The notes beneath the pieces were generated by a model. It ran no database searches. It had not been told where the DNA came from and saw only the letters and a program-made list of their open reading frames with translations. Position numbers and translations under genes: made by a program. From Acidimicrobiia bacterium (GTDB lineage Bacteria; Actinomycetota; Acidimicrobiia; Spongiisociales; ZC4RG35): a DNA stretch of 64,000 bases. Location: NCBI GenBank assembly GCA_965220995.1, contig OZ244856.1:97407-161406 (forward strand), read 5' to 3'. This document shows, in pieces, positions 47,100 to 56,832 of this stretch (its first letter is position 1; the number at the start of each line of letters is the position of its first letter).

Positions 47100-48893
47100 A
47101 TGCAACCCACCACCGCCGCGGGTTCCCACCCGTCCTTTGTTTGGGAGCTTGCGATCCTGGGCGACCGCCTGGCCGGCTTGTCCTTGGCCGCGGAGGCGGC
47201 GGCCAGCGGGTTGGAACGGGTGTTGGTGCTGTCCCCCTCCGATCCCGGGATGTACCCCAGCCGTTTCTCGGCGCCGGGAATCACCGTTCGCTACCAAACG
47301 GTGTCCCGACGGATCCGCCCGGTGGCCGGCCCCTTTGTGGTGGTGGAAACCTCCACCGGACCGGTGACGGCAAGAAAGGTGGTGATAGGCCCGTCTCTTC
47401 CTTCACCGGACCACCGCTCCCCGCTTATCACGGTGGATCCGTCGGTTTCCCACCTGGTCTACACCCACCCCACCCAATTGCAGGAGCCGCCGGGAGACGT
47501 GGTGGTGATGGGAGAGGGCGACGAACCGGTGGAGTGGACCCTGGACCTCTTGACCAAGGGGGCAAAGGTGGTCTTGTGCATCAGGCATACCGAGTTCGGC
47601 AAGATGTCGTTTCTGGCCCGACGAACCGTGCGCCGGCTGGAGGCACAGCGCCAGATCACCGTCTTCTGGCGAGCCCGACCCACCCGGGTGTACGACGTGG
47701 CGGGTTATCCGATGGTGGCTTTCGACAACCGCCAGACCCCCGACCTGCAGTTCGATCAGGTGCTGCTCTCGGGGCCCAATCCCCCGGTGGCCCGGTTGCT
47801 GGAAAGCTCCGGCATAGAAATCGAGCAAGCGTCGCCTGCGGTTCATCTGCTGACCCACGGCGACGAACCTGGCCCAGACCCCGAGGGAGTGGTCACCCTA
47901 CCCGCCGACCGGGCGTGGGAAAAAATGAGGTCCCGCTACTTTCCTTCCCTGCCGACCTCGCCTCACCATGCCACGCCGGTTACCGATGGCCGGCGCCTGT
48001 CCCATCTGGAAGACCGCTTCTACAACGCCACCATCACCTGGTTCCGACGAGTCAATCCCGACCTGTGGATCGTCAGGGTGCGGCCCGACCAGCGCGACGC
48101 TCCGCTGGTGCCCGGACAATACGCCACTCTGGGACTGGGCTATTGGGAGCCCCGGGTGGATGGGGCGGTCGATCGGATGGCCAGAGACGAGCGACTGGTT
48201 CGCCGATCATATTCCATTTCTTCCCGCATATTCAACTCCCAGGGATATCTGACCGATCCGGTCTATGAGGAGCACCTTGAGTTCTACATCGTGTTGGTGC
48301 CACCCAGTCCCGACCGTCTGCCGGGACTCACCCCCCGACTTGCCCTCAAGCACGAGGGGGACCGGATCTATCTGGGTCCCAGAATGGCCGGGCGCTACAC
48401 ACTGTCGGGGGTGACCGACCCCTTTTCCGACGTGTTGTTTCTGGCCACCGGCACCGGAGAGGCCCCTCACAACGCCATGGTGGTGGAACTGTTCCGCAGG
48501 GGGCATCAGGGTCGGGTGATCTCGGTGGTGTCGGTCCGCTACGCCGCTGATCTGGGATATGCGGCCCGACACCGAGCTTTGGAAGAGCGCTTCCCCAACT
48601 ATCGATACATGCCGCTGGTGACTCGGGAAGACGCCGCCGGGACGCTGCGGATGCGCATCCAGCAACTGATCGCCGAGGACCGTCTCACCAGGGAAACCGG
48701 ATTGGAGTTGGACCCTGCCCGACTGAAGGTTTTCATGTGCGGGAACCCGGCCATGATCGGAGTGCCGGAGTGGCTCGATGAACAGCCCACCTTCGGTGAC
48801 ACGGTCGGTGTGGCCCAACTTCTGGCCGAGCGAGGGTTTACCCTCCCTCGGCATGGCGTCAAATCAAATGTTCACTATGAAGAGTATTGGTAG
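47100..48893 (+). CDS. Two-domain flavoprotein: N-terminal FAD/NAD(P)-binding Rossmann-like module fused to a ferredoxin-NADP+ reductase (FNR)-type oxidoreductase domain
   Basis: C-terminal FNR motifs 'RRSYSISS' (FAD), 'GTGEAP' (NAD(P)H) and 'PGQYATLGL'. N-terminal 'VWELAILGDRLAG' dinucleotide-binding-like motif. Its stop overlaps the next gene's start. Confidence 0.65.
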   Translation: MQPTTAAGSHPSFVWELAILGDRLAGLSLAAEAAASGLERVLVLSPSDPGMYPSRFSAPGITVRYQTVSRRIRPVAGPFVVVETSTGPVTARKVVIGPSLPSPDHRSPLITVDPSVSHLVYTHPTQLQEPPGDVVVMGEGDEPVEWTLDLLTKGAKVVLCIRHTEFGKMSFLARRTVRRLEAQRQITVFWRARPTRVYDVAGYPMVAFDNRQTPDLQFDQVLLSGPNPPVARLLESSGIEIEQASPAVHLLTHGDEPGPDPEGVVTLPADRAWEKMRSRYFPSLPTSPHHATPVTDGRRLSHLEDRFYNATITWFRRVNPDLWIVRVRPDQRDAPLVPGQYATLGLGYWEPRVDGAVDRMARDERLVRRSYSISSRIFNSQGYLTDPVYEEHLEFYIVLVPPSPDRLPGLTPRLALKHEGDRIYLGPRMAGRYTLSGVTDPFSDVLFLATGTGEAPHNAMVVELFRRGHQGRVISVVSVRYAADLGYAARHRALEERFPNYRYMPLVTREDAAGTLRMRIQQLIAEDRLTRETGLELDPARLKVFMCGNPAMIGVPEWLDEQPTFGDTVGVAQLLAERGFTLPRHGVKSNVHYEEYW

Positions 48894-49804
48894 AGCCTGA
48901 CGTGTCGGTTCCCTGGACCCAAAGGGTGATCGCGGTGGTGGGAGGGGACCGCCGGGAGCAGGAGATCGCCCGTCGGGCCGCCGCCACCGGCGCCACGGTG
49001 CGCGCCCACGGGTTCCCCTGGCCCGGCCACGGTATTCCCAAGGTTGTGAACTGTTCCACTCCCATCGCAGCGTTGGCAGGCGCCCACTTCGGGCTGCTTC
49101 CCATCCCCGGCATTGCCCCGAATGGCGCTCTCTTCGCACCCTCGGCTCCGCAACCGATTTTCGTCGGGGTCACGGCGTTGGAAGCCATGGCCGAGGGCGC
49201 CCACCTAATCCTGGGCGCTTCCGACCGGCGCCTGCGGGAGGCGGCCGAGCAGGTGGGCATTGGCATCTCCGAATACGAGGATGACCGCGAGTTGATGTTG
49301 CGCAGGGGTCCGGCGATCGTGGAGGGGGCGGTGGGAAAGATTATCGAACTAACCGAGATCACCATCCACAACGCCAGGGTGGGAGTGGTCGGGCAGGGAA
49401 CCATCGGCTCTCTGCTCACTCGCACCCTGGTATTGCTGGGAGCCCGCGTCCTGGTGGCGGCCCGCAGTCCCGTCCAGCGGGCGGCATCGGAGACGATCGG
49501 CGCATCCGCGGTTCCTCTTCACCGGTTTTCCGACCATGTCCATCGTCTGGATATGCTGGTTTCCACCGTTCCTGCGCCGGTGGTGGGGGAAGACCTGCTG
49601 CGGCGCCTTCCGAAGGGAAGTCTGGTGATGGACCTGGCGGCCCCGCCGGGAGGAGTTGACCTGAGCCGGGCGGCGGCGCTGGGCCACGTCACCTGCTGGG
49701 CCAGAGGTTTGGGCGACCGGGCGCCGGTCACGGTTGGGGCATCCCAATGGGACGGCATACGCAAGAGAATCGAAGAGATCGAAGAGGCAAGGAATGCAGG
49801 CTGA
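48887..49804 (+). CDS. DpaA-like protein (dipicolinate synthase subunit A / SpoVFA family; NAD(P)-binding)
   Basis: Collinear similarity to B. subtilis SpoVFA: 'RVIAVVGGDRREQEIARR' vs 'KKIAVIGGDARQLEIIRK', 'VGVVGQGTIGSLLTRTLVLLGARVLVAARS' vs 'VAVLGLGRTGMTIARTFAALGANVKVGARS', 'LVMDLAAPPGGVDL' vs 'LILDLASRPGGTDF'. Confidence 0.75.
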   Translation: MVEPDVSVPWTQRVIAVVGGDRREQEIARRAAATGATVRAHGFPWPGHGIPKVVNCSTPIAALAGAHFGLLPIPGIAPNGALFAPSAPQPIFVGVTALEAMAEGAHLILGASDRRLREAAEQVGIGISEYEDDRELMLRRGPAIVEGAVGKIIELTEITIHNARVGVVGQGTIGSLLTRTLVLLGARVLVAARSPVQRAASETIGASAVPLHRFSDHVHRLDMLVSTVPAPVVGEDLLRRLPKGSLVMDLAAPPGGVDLSRAAALGHVTCWARGLGDRAPVTVGASQWDGIRKRIEEIEEARNAG

Positions 49805-51140
49805 TCTGGTGATACGCAACGCCCGGGTGGTAACCCACACGGGAGAATTTCGGGGAGGAGTCTCCGTGGTGGGAGAACAGATTTCGGTGGTCGGCCAGGA
49901 CACCGATCTGCCCCCCGCCCGGCGAGTAATTGACGCCGACGGTCTGGTGCTGATGCCGGGAGTGATCGACCCCCATTGTCACCTGGGCGTCAACTATCCC
50001 TACGACGAGGATATGGACACCGAGACGGCCGCGGCAGCCCGCGGGGGGATCACCACGGTTCTTCTGTACATACGCAATCTCGAGCCTTCCTACCTGCCCT
50101 TCTATCGGAACCGTCGCCGACGGGGCGAAGCGGTGGCCCGGATCGACTTTGGGTTTCACTTCGGGATCCAACGGGAGGAACACATCGCGGAGATCCCCTT
50201 GATCGCGCAGGAAACCGGGGTGCAGTCATTCAAATGCTATTTCGGCTACGAGCAGCAGAACCCCATCGGCATAGTCCCGGCGGACGACGGTTGGGTTTAC
50301 ACCGCAATGACCAAAATACGCGAGCTTCCCAAAGGGGTTATCTCGATCCACTGCGAGAACACCGAGATCGCCCGATGGATCAAAAAGTCGGTGCAGGCCA
50401 CCGGTCGCCAGGATCTGGGCGCCTACACCGAGTCGCGGCCGGCTCTCTGCGAAGAGGAGACCATCGCCCGGATGATATTTCTGGCCGAACGCACCGGGTG
50501 CCCGTTGTACGTGGTGCACACCAGTGTGGCCGCCGGGCCCCCCATGGCCGCCCGGGCCCGCGCCCGGGGGGTGGATGTCACCATCGAAACCTGCCCTCAC
50601 TATCTGGTGCGCACCGCCTACGACCCCGACCTGGACATGCGGGCCAAGATCTCCCCTCCTCTGCGGGACCGAGAGGAACAGGAGGGCTTATGGGAAGGGA
50701 TCTTCGCCGGGCAGGTGGGAGCGATCGGCTCGGACCATGTTCCGTTCTTTCCCAAGAAGGGAGAAGACCTGTGGGAAGAGAAGCCGGGCGTGGTTTCCTT
50801 TCCGTGGGAGTTGGCGCTGCTCTTGGAGCACGGAGTGCACCGTCGGGGCCTTTCGCTCCCCGATCTGGTCAGGATGAACTCCTACGGACCGGCGCGGCGC
50901 TTCGGTTTCTATCCTCGCAAGGGCGCGATCGCCCCCGGGGCCGACGCCGATCTGGTGATGGTGGACCTCGATCAGGTGGATACGGTCCGGCACACCGGCA
51001 ACGGCACCTGCATCTACGAGGGCATGAAGCTTCGGGGATGGCCGGTGATGACGGTCAGCCGGGGACGGGTGGTCTTCGAAGGCGGGGAGGTCGATCCCGA
51101 TTCCCTGGGCCACGGCCGGTGCGTAACCCGACCCGACTGA
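49794..51140 (+). CDS. D-hydantoinase / dihydropyrimidinase
   Basis: 'LMPGVIDPHCHLG' HxH motif, a carbamylated-Lys region 'QSFKCYFGY', and His/Asp ligands. The start (MQADLVIRNARVV) overlaps the DpaA-like stop. Confidence 0.85.
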   Translation: MQADLVIRNARVVTHTGEFRGGVSVVGEQISVVGQDTDLPPARRVIDADGLVLMPGVIDPHCHLGVNYPYDEDMDTETAAAARGGITTVLLYIRNLEPSYLPFYRNRRRRGEAVARIDFGFHFGIQREEHIAEIPLIAQETGVQSFKCYFGYEQQNPIGIVPADDGWVYTAMTKIRELPKGVISIHCENTEIARWIKKSVQATGRQDLGAYTESRPALCEEETIARMIFLAERTGCPLYVVHTSVAAGPPMAARARARGVDVTIETCPHYLVRTAYDPDLDMRAKISPPLRDREEQEGLWEGIFAGQVGAIGSDHVPFFPKKGEDLWEEKPGVVSFPWELALLLEHGVHRRGLSLPDLVRMNSYGPARRFGFYPRKGAIAPGADADLVMVDLDQVDTVRHTGNGTCIYEGMKLRGWPVMTVSRGRVVFEGGEVDPDSLGHGRCVTRPD

Positions 51141-51213
51141 TTGGGAAGATGCCGGCGAACCGTTCCCGCAGTCATAGCATTGCCGAGATGAGACGCGAGC
51201 CGGAGAGCAGTCG

Positions 51214-51810
51214 ATGAGAATCCTGGTGGTGTGGGCTCACCCCCTGGCCGACAGCTACTCGGCGGCCCTCAAGGACCGGGCCGTGGAGGCCCTGGCGAGG
51301 GCCGGGCACGACATCGACCTCCTGGACCTCTACGCCGAGGAGTTCGACCCGGTCCTGTCCGCCCAAGAACGCCGGGACTACCACGAAATCGGCCCGAACC
51401 TGGCCAATGTCTCGGCCTATGTGGAAAGGCTCCGAGCCGCCGAGGGGTTGTTGTTGATCTTCCCCACCTGGAGCTTCGGTTACCCGGCCATCCTCACCGG
51501 GTGGCTGCAGCGGGTGTGGATCCCTGGAGTGGCCTTCGGACTGCGGGAAGAAGGCGGCCCCATCATCCGGGGAATTCTCAACATCCGGAGAGTGGCGGCA
51601 GTGACCACCACCGGCTCACCATGGTGGTATGTCCTGGCGGTGGGCAACCCGGCCAAACGGGTCCTCAAACGCGGTCACCGGGCCATGTTCGCCCGGGGGT
51701 GTCGAGTCAAGTGGCTGGACCTGAACAACATGAACAAGGACTCGCCGAACAAGCGAAAAAAGTTCCTGGGCCGAGTGGAGCGCACCCTGCCATCCTTCTT
51801 TTCCGATTGA
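51214..51810 (+). CDS. Flavodoxin-like fold NAD(P)H-dependent oxidoreductase (NQO1/quinone reductase-like)
   Basis: 'MRILVVWAHPLADSYSAAL' start and overall pattern typical of the NAD(P)H dehydrogenase (quinone)/FMN reductase family. Confidence 0.7.
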   Translation: MRILVVWAHPLADSYSAALKDRAVEALARAGHDIDLLDLYAEEFDPVLSAQERRDYHEIGPNLANVSAYVERLRAAEGLLLIFPTWSFGYPAILTGWLQRVWIPGVAFGLREEGGPIIRGILNIRRVAAVTTTGSPWWYVLAVGNPAKRVLKRGHRAMFARGCRVKWLDLNNMNKDSPNKRKKFLGRVERTLPSFFSD

Positions 51811-51819
51811 CTCCCACCA

Positions 51820-51980
51820 GGCCGCTTTCCGGACTTATAGAGACTTTAAGGGCTTATAGGAAAAATGCTATAACTTCAACAAGTCCCTATAACTCCACGT
51901 CCCACGCACAACCTCCTCCCCCCAACTTATAGGAACTTGTTACACTTATAGAAAAAACGCTATAACTTCAACAAGTCTCT
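51820..51980. repeat. AT-rich iteron-like array: two roughly 42-bp direct repeats carrying 8 copies of a CTATAA(C/G) heptamer
   Basis: GCTTATAGGAAAAATGCTATAACTTCAACAAGTCCCTATAAC (51842-51883) and CACTTATAGAAAAAACGCTATAACTTCAACAAGTCTCTATAAC (51934-51976). CTTATAG/CTATAAC copies are at 51824, 51843, 51858, 51878, 51915, 51936, 51950 and 51970. Confidence 0.65.
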
Positions 51981-52019
51981 ATAACCCGTCAACACATCAC
52001 CCCCGATCAACCCTGATAG

Positions 52020-53195
52020 ATGGACCCCAGCCAGAATCCCTACAGTCCCGGAGCAGGGGCCCAACCTCCTGCCCTGGTTGGGCGAGACCGGGAACTGGAA
52101 CAGTTCGACATCGCAGTCGCGCGACTCGGCAGGGGGCTCTACGATCGCAGCTTCCTGGTAAGCGGGCTCCGCGGTGTGGGCAAGACCGTTCTTCTCTCCG
52201 AGTACTGCAGCATCGCCCATCAGCACAAATGGGCATACCAGCAAATTGAGGCTGCCAGGAACCTCGATCTGCCACGCGTCATTGCGGATCGGATACGTCT
52301 GGCCTTGCTGCAGTTATCCCCAGGCCGTCGTGTCGCTGCCCGTGGTCGCAGGGTGCTGCAAGTATTGAAATCTTTCAAAGTGCGGTGGAACCTGCCGGAA
52401 GGGGGCGAACTGGAAGTGGGTGTCGATCCCATTCCCGGCCGAGCCGACACGGGAATTCTCCAAGAAGATCTCACCGACCTCTTTATGGAGGTGGGCGAGT
52501 ACGCCCGAGAGCGGAAAGTCGGGGTTCTCATCACTATTGATGAAGCCCAATACCTGGACAAGAGCCAGCTTGTGCCGTTGCTCATGGGGCTTCACATGAT
52601 CGGCCAGAGGAATCTCCCCTTCATGGTGGTGTGCGCAGGGCTGCCATCCCTTCCCGGCTTGGTAGGTGAAGCCCGATCGTACGCCGAACGATTGTTTACC
52701 TTTGCAACCATCAACAGTCTTCAACCGGAGGAGTCCGTCACTGCACTAACCGCCCCGGCGGCCCGACACGACATCCAATGGGATGATGACGCCTTGGCAA
52801 GAATCGTTGAAGAGACGTCCGGTTATCCCTATTTCCTCCAGGAGTTCGGGAAACAGGCCTGGAACTTTGCGACCGATACTCACCGAATCACCCTGGCTGA
52901 TGTAGAGAGCACCGTACCGATGGCGATCCGAGAGCTTGACCTGGGTTTCTTCAATGTGCGGTTCCACCGCACCACTGGCGCAGAGAGAGCCTATCTGGCC
53001 ACCATGGCCGCCCTTGGACCCGGCCCCCACCCATCAGGGCAAGTGGCATCCAAAATGGGCAGAACGACTTCCCAGGTCAGCACTCTCCGCAACACCTTGT
53101 TGGCCAAGGGCCTTTGCTACGCCCCTCGCTACGGCGAAATCGCCTTCACCGTGCCCATGTTTGATCAGTTCCTCCTCCGCCGTCTGTCGTCATGA
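52020..53195 (+). CDS. AAA+ ATPase (Arch_ATPase/AAA_16-like, ORC/Cdc6-type P-loop) with C-terminal wHTH-like region
   Basis: 'LVGRDRELEQ...LVSGLRGVGKTVLL' Walker A and 'VLITIDEAQYL' Walker B. Function unknown. Confidence 0.65.
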   Translation: MDPSQNPYSPGAGAQPPALVGRDRELEQFDIAVARLGRGLYDRSFLVSGLRGVGKTVLLSEYCSIAHQHKWAYQQIEAARNLDLPRVIADRIRLALLQLSPGRRVAARGRRVLQVLKSFKVRWNLPEGGELEVGVDPIPGRADTGILQEDLTDLFMEVGEYARERKVGVLITIDEAQYLDKSQLVPLLMGLHMIGQRNLPFMVVCAGLPSLPGLVGEARSYAERLFTFATINSLQPEESVTALTAPAARHDIQWDDDALARIVEETSGYPYFLQEFGKQAWNFATDTHRITLADVESTVPMAIRELDLGFFNVRFHRTTGAERAYLATMAALGPGPHPSGQVASKMGRTTSQVSTLRNTLLAKGLCYAPRYGEIAFTVPMFDQFLLRRLSS

Positions 53196-53244
53196 GAACT
53201 GCGGTGGCATGAGCGGAGAGACTTCGTCGGCGCCCTGAACCCAA

Positions 53245-54361
53245 TCAACCCACCGTGATCAGTTGGCGGTTGTCGTTCACATCCGACAGCAGCTGCGCCC
53301 CCTCGGCGGTCACTGCCACCATGTCCTTGAGTTGCAACCCGAAGCCGTGGCCGGTGTTGTAGATCAGGGGTTCCACGCCGAACACCATGCCCTCCTGCAG
53401 TACCTGGTCGTGGCGGGGGCTGATGTAGGGATGCTCATGCAACGACAGACCGATTCCATGACCAACGAACGAAAAGAGCGGCAGGCCGAGCGGGCCGCAC
53501 AGGGCCTCAAACCGATCCCACACCATCCGGCTTGACACTCCCGGCCCGATGGTTTCGAGCAGCACATCCCGGCACTCCACCAGCTTGGACCATATCTCCA
53601 CCGCGGACGGGGACGGGGAACCCACCACCGCCGTGCGACACACCCCGGCGTGGTAGCCCTCCGCCACCGCGAAGATCTCCACCCGGCACACATCGCCCTC
53701 CTGCAGCACCCGGCCGGTGGGACCCACATTGGCCAGTTGGCTGCGTGGCCCGGTGGCCACGATCATCAGCCGGAAGTCCTCGGCGCCTCCCCGGTAGATG
53801 CCGTCGGTGAGAGCCGCGGCTATCTCCATCTCGGTGTCTCCCGCCTTCACCGATCGGAGCGCCTCGCCGATGGATGAGTCGGAGATACGGGACAGACGGG
53901 CCAGGAGATCCAATTCCTCGGGGGTCTTGACCTGCCGCTGCCTTCCCAGCCAGGAGTCGGCGGCCACCCAGTCCACCCCCGGGGCAGCGTTTTGCAGTCG
54001 CGCGAAATCGGCGGCCGGCAGGTATCCCAACTCCACTCCCAGCCGCCCCCGCCCCAGGCCCAGGCGATTCAGGAGGCCCGCCAGACATACCATCGGGTCG
54101 TCGTCGAATTCGTCCCACACGGCCACCTGGGCGGCGCCGGTTCGTTGGCGCACCATGGCCTCTTCCACCCCGATGCACATCACCGCCGGTTCGCCGTCCC
54201 GGGGCAGCACCATCGCGGCATGCCTCCATCTCATCAACGGCTGGGAAGGGACCACGAACCCGGCCGGATAGGCGAAGTTTTCCGGAGAGCAGACCACCAA
54301 CCCGTCCCAGTCCTCCTGCTCCAGGGCGGCATGGAGACGAGTGATAACTTCAGTTCTCATA
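53245..54361 (-). CDS. M24-family metallohydrolase (creatinase / Xaa-Pro aminopeptidase-like), second copy
   Basis: Creatinase N-domain plus pita-bread domain with 'HGIGLSLHEHP' metal-ligand context. Start set at MRTEVIT (GGGGGA RBS). Confidence 0.8.
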
Positions 54362-54465
54362 TCAGGATTCCCCCAACTGTCCGCGCAAAGGGTAACCACC
54401 GGGAAGGTGCCATGCCCCACCCCGGTATCGTTGGGCGGAGCAAGTCAAAGGAGCCGAACCAAGCA

Positions 54466-55353
54466 ATGGACCAGGTACCCATCCCGGTGCGCGGACCGGC
54501 GGAAAAATTCCAGACCCTGTTCGACGCCGACCACCCCGATACCGGCGAGGGCGTGGCCCTCCACCCTGATTTCGCCGCCATCTACGGCGGACCGCTTCGG
54601 CTTCGGCCGCCCACCGACGGGCTGCCCCTCTTGGCAATGAACTTTGTAGCCGCCCACGACGGCCGAGTCGCTTTCAACCACCCCGACCATCGGGGGGGAG
54701 GTCCCATCTCGGGTTTCGATGACAACGACGTGTGGCTGATGGGCCTGCTCAGAGCCCGGGCCGATGCGGTGGTGGTGGGCGAGGGGACCCTTCGGGCCGA
54801 ACCCCGCCATATCAACACCCCCGACGACATCTACCCCAAGGACGCCGAGGCATTCGCGTCTCTCCGCAGCCATGAGAAGCGGTCGGAACTGCCCATCTTC
54901 TCCTATATCACCTTCGCCGGGAATCTCCCACCCCAATCCCGGGTCTTCACCTTGGAGAATGCTCACATAGTGGTCGCCACCACCGCCATCGGCGCCCGAC
55001 AAATCCGGGAGACCGTTCGCCCCGCCGGAAGGCTCGACATCCTGGAATTCGGAGACGACGGCGTGGACCTGGAGCGCTATGCGCGGATCATGGCCGCCGA
55101 CTACGGGGTGGACTTCCTGCTGTGCGAGGGTGGGGCCACCCTGTACGGCGCCCTGCTCCGGGCGGGGATCGTGAACGAACCCTTCATCACCCGGTCGCCG
55201 CTGGTGGTGGGAGAAAACCCCGACAACCCCCGTCCCAGCCTGGTGGAGGGTGTCGGTTGGCTGCCCGACGACGCGCCGCGCATGCAGATCCTCTCGGTTC
55301 GCAAGGCCGGTGAATACCTTTACATGCGCTACCGCGCCACCTATCCCGCCTAG
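54466..55353 (+). CDS. RibD C-terminal-domain / dihydrofolate-reductase-like NADPH-dependent reductase
   Basis: 'LLAMNFVAAHDGRVAF' and 'VDFLLCEGGATLYGALL' are typical of the bacterial bifunctional deaminase-reductase C-terminal (RibD_C) family. Confidence 0.65.
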   Translation: MDQVPIPVRGPAEKFQTLFDADHPDTGEGVALHPDFAAIYGGPLRLRPPTDGLPLLAMNFVAAHDGRVAFNHPDHRGGGPISGFDDNDVWLMGLLRARADAVVVGEGTLRAEPRHINTPDDIYPKDAEAFASLRSHEKRSELPIFSYITFAGNLPPQSRVFTLENAHIVVATTAIGARQIRETVRPAGRLDILEFGDDGVDLERYARIMAADYGVDFLLCEGGATLYGALLRAGIVNEPFITRSPLVVGENPDNPRPSLVEGVGWLPDDAPRMQILSVRKAGEYLYMRYRATYPA

Positions 55354-55368
55354 CCACCGGCCCGCCCG

Positions 55369-56832
55369 TTGGAGACTGTGACCCCTCTCACCTCCGCAAC
55401 CCTCATCGAACACCTGGAGTTCGCCATTACCTGCAACCGGGACAACCAGGTGATCAGAGACGGGGCGATCCTGATCGAAAACGATCGCATCAAGGATCTG
55501 GGAACCACCGAGCAGGTGTATCAACGTCTCCGGTCGGAAAACACCAATCATCCGCCCAAGCGCCGGAGTGGTCGACGCCTGGGAATCACTCCCGGGCTGG
55601 TGGATTCGCACGTACATCTGTCCGAAACCCTGTCGCGGGCGGTGTTTCCCGATGTGATCGACACCCGTACCTGGGTATTTCACTGGGCCAAGCCCTTTTA
55701 CGCTCACGTGAGCACCGCCGACGAAGCAATCGGGTCTCTGCTCGGAACCGCCGAGATGCTCCGGGGAGGAACCACCTGCTTTCTGGACATGGGCGCCCAG
55801 AACGACCCGGCCCCGGTGGCCGCCGCGGTGGAGCAAACCGGGATCAGGGGCATCACCGGCCGTCACGCGGCCGACCGAAAACCCAAAGAGATCCCCCGGG
55901 GATGGTCCCCCCAGATGGTGGACCACCATTTCTTCCCCAACGCCGAGGTGGCATTGCAGGCCTTGGAGGACACGGTGCGAACCTGGAACGGAGCGGCCGG
56001 GGGGCGCTTGGGGGTGTGGGTGAACATCGAAGGGAAGGAACCCTGCAGCCTGGACCTGCACGTCGGCGCCCGGGAGTTGGCGGAGCGCCTGGGAGTGGGT
56101 GCCACCTATCATCTGGCCACTTCTCTACCCGAGGCGCACATCTCGCAGCGGCGGCATGGTATGTGGCCGATCACCCGGGTGGCCCAAGCCGGCGGCCTGG
56201 GTGACAACCTGGTGATAGCGCATGCGGTGGCCGTGACGCCCGATGAGGTGGAAGACTTGGCCGAACACCGCACCAAGGTGGCCTTTTGTCCCTCCACCTC
56301 CCTCAAACTCGCCAAAGGTGCCACAGCCATCGGGCAGTATCCGGAGATGATGGAGGCCGGGGTGACCGTGGGGTTGGGGACCGATGGGGTCTCGGCAGCC
56401 GGAAATCTCAACCTTCACCGTCAGATTCACCTGGCGGCCGGAATGTTCAAGGACGCCCGCATGGATGCTTCCCTGGTGGGCGCCCAGCGGGCATTGCGCA
56501 TGGCGACCATCGATGGCGCAACCGCGCTGGGGATGGAGTCGGAGATCGGGTCGCTGCAGATCGGTAAGAAGGCCGACTTCGTGCTGTGGAATCTGGATCA
56601 TCCCGACTGGGTTCCCTACGGAGACCCCCTTTCGGCGTTGGTATGGTCGGCGTCCACCGGATCGGTGCTGGAGACCTGGGTGGACGGGCGTCCCTGCTAC
56701 CGGGACGGCCGGGTGCTCGGAATCGACGAGGAGGCGCTCTTCGAGGAAGCACGGCAGAGAGCCGCCCACATCCGCGCCCGCGCCGGGCTCACCAGCCCCG
56801 ACGTTCCCCTGACCACCGCCCTCTACCAGTGA
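55369..56832 (+). CDS. Amidohydrolase of the TRZ/ATZ / guanine-deaminase / aminohydrolase subgroup
   Basis: 'PGLVDSHVHLSE' HxH, a later HxxE-type region, and 'GTDG' plus a C-terminal Asp, typical of nucleobase/s-triazine deaminases. Confidence 0.8.
   Translation: METVTPLTSATLIEHLEFAITCNRDNQVIRDGAILIENDRIKDLGTTEQVYQRLRSENTNHPPKRRSGRRLGITPGLVDSHVHLSETLSRAVFPDVIDTRTWVFHWAKPFYAHVSTADEAIGSLLGTAEMLRGGTTCFLDMGAQNDPAPVAAAVEQTGIRGITGRHAADRKPKEIPRGWSPQMVDHHFFPNAEVALQALEDTVRTWNGAAGGRLGVWVNIEGKEPCSLDLHVGARELAERLGVGATYHLATSLPEAHISQRRHGMWPITRVAQAGGLGDNLVIAHAVAVTPDEVEDLAEHRTKVAFCPSTSLKLAKGATAIGQYPEMMEAGVTVGLGTDGVSAAGNLNLHRQIHLAAGMFKDARMDASLVGAQRALRMATIDGATALGMESEIGSLQIGKKADFVLWNLDHPDWVPYGDPLSALVWSASTGSVLETWVDGRPCYRDGRVLGIDEEALFEEARQRAAHIRARAGLTSPDVPLTTALYQ

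Noticed and set aside
46810-47367. Overlapping ORFs of 84, 117, 98 and 197 aa upstream of the FNR-like gene
   Set aside because: They are mutually overlapping low-complexity frames in a GC-rich intergenic/leader region with no motifs, so they are likely non-coding.
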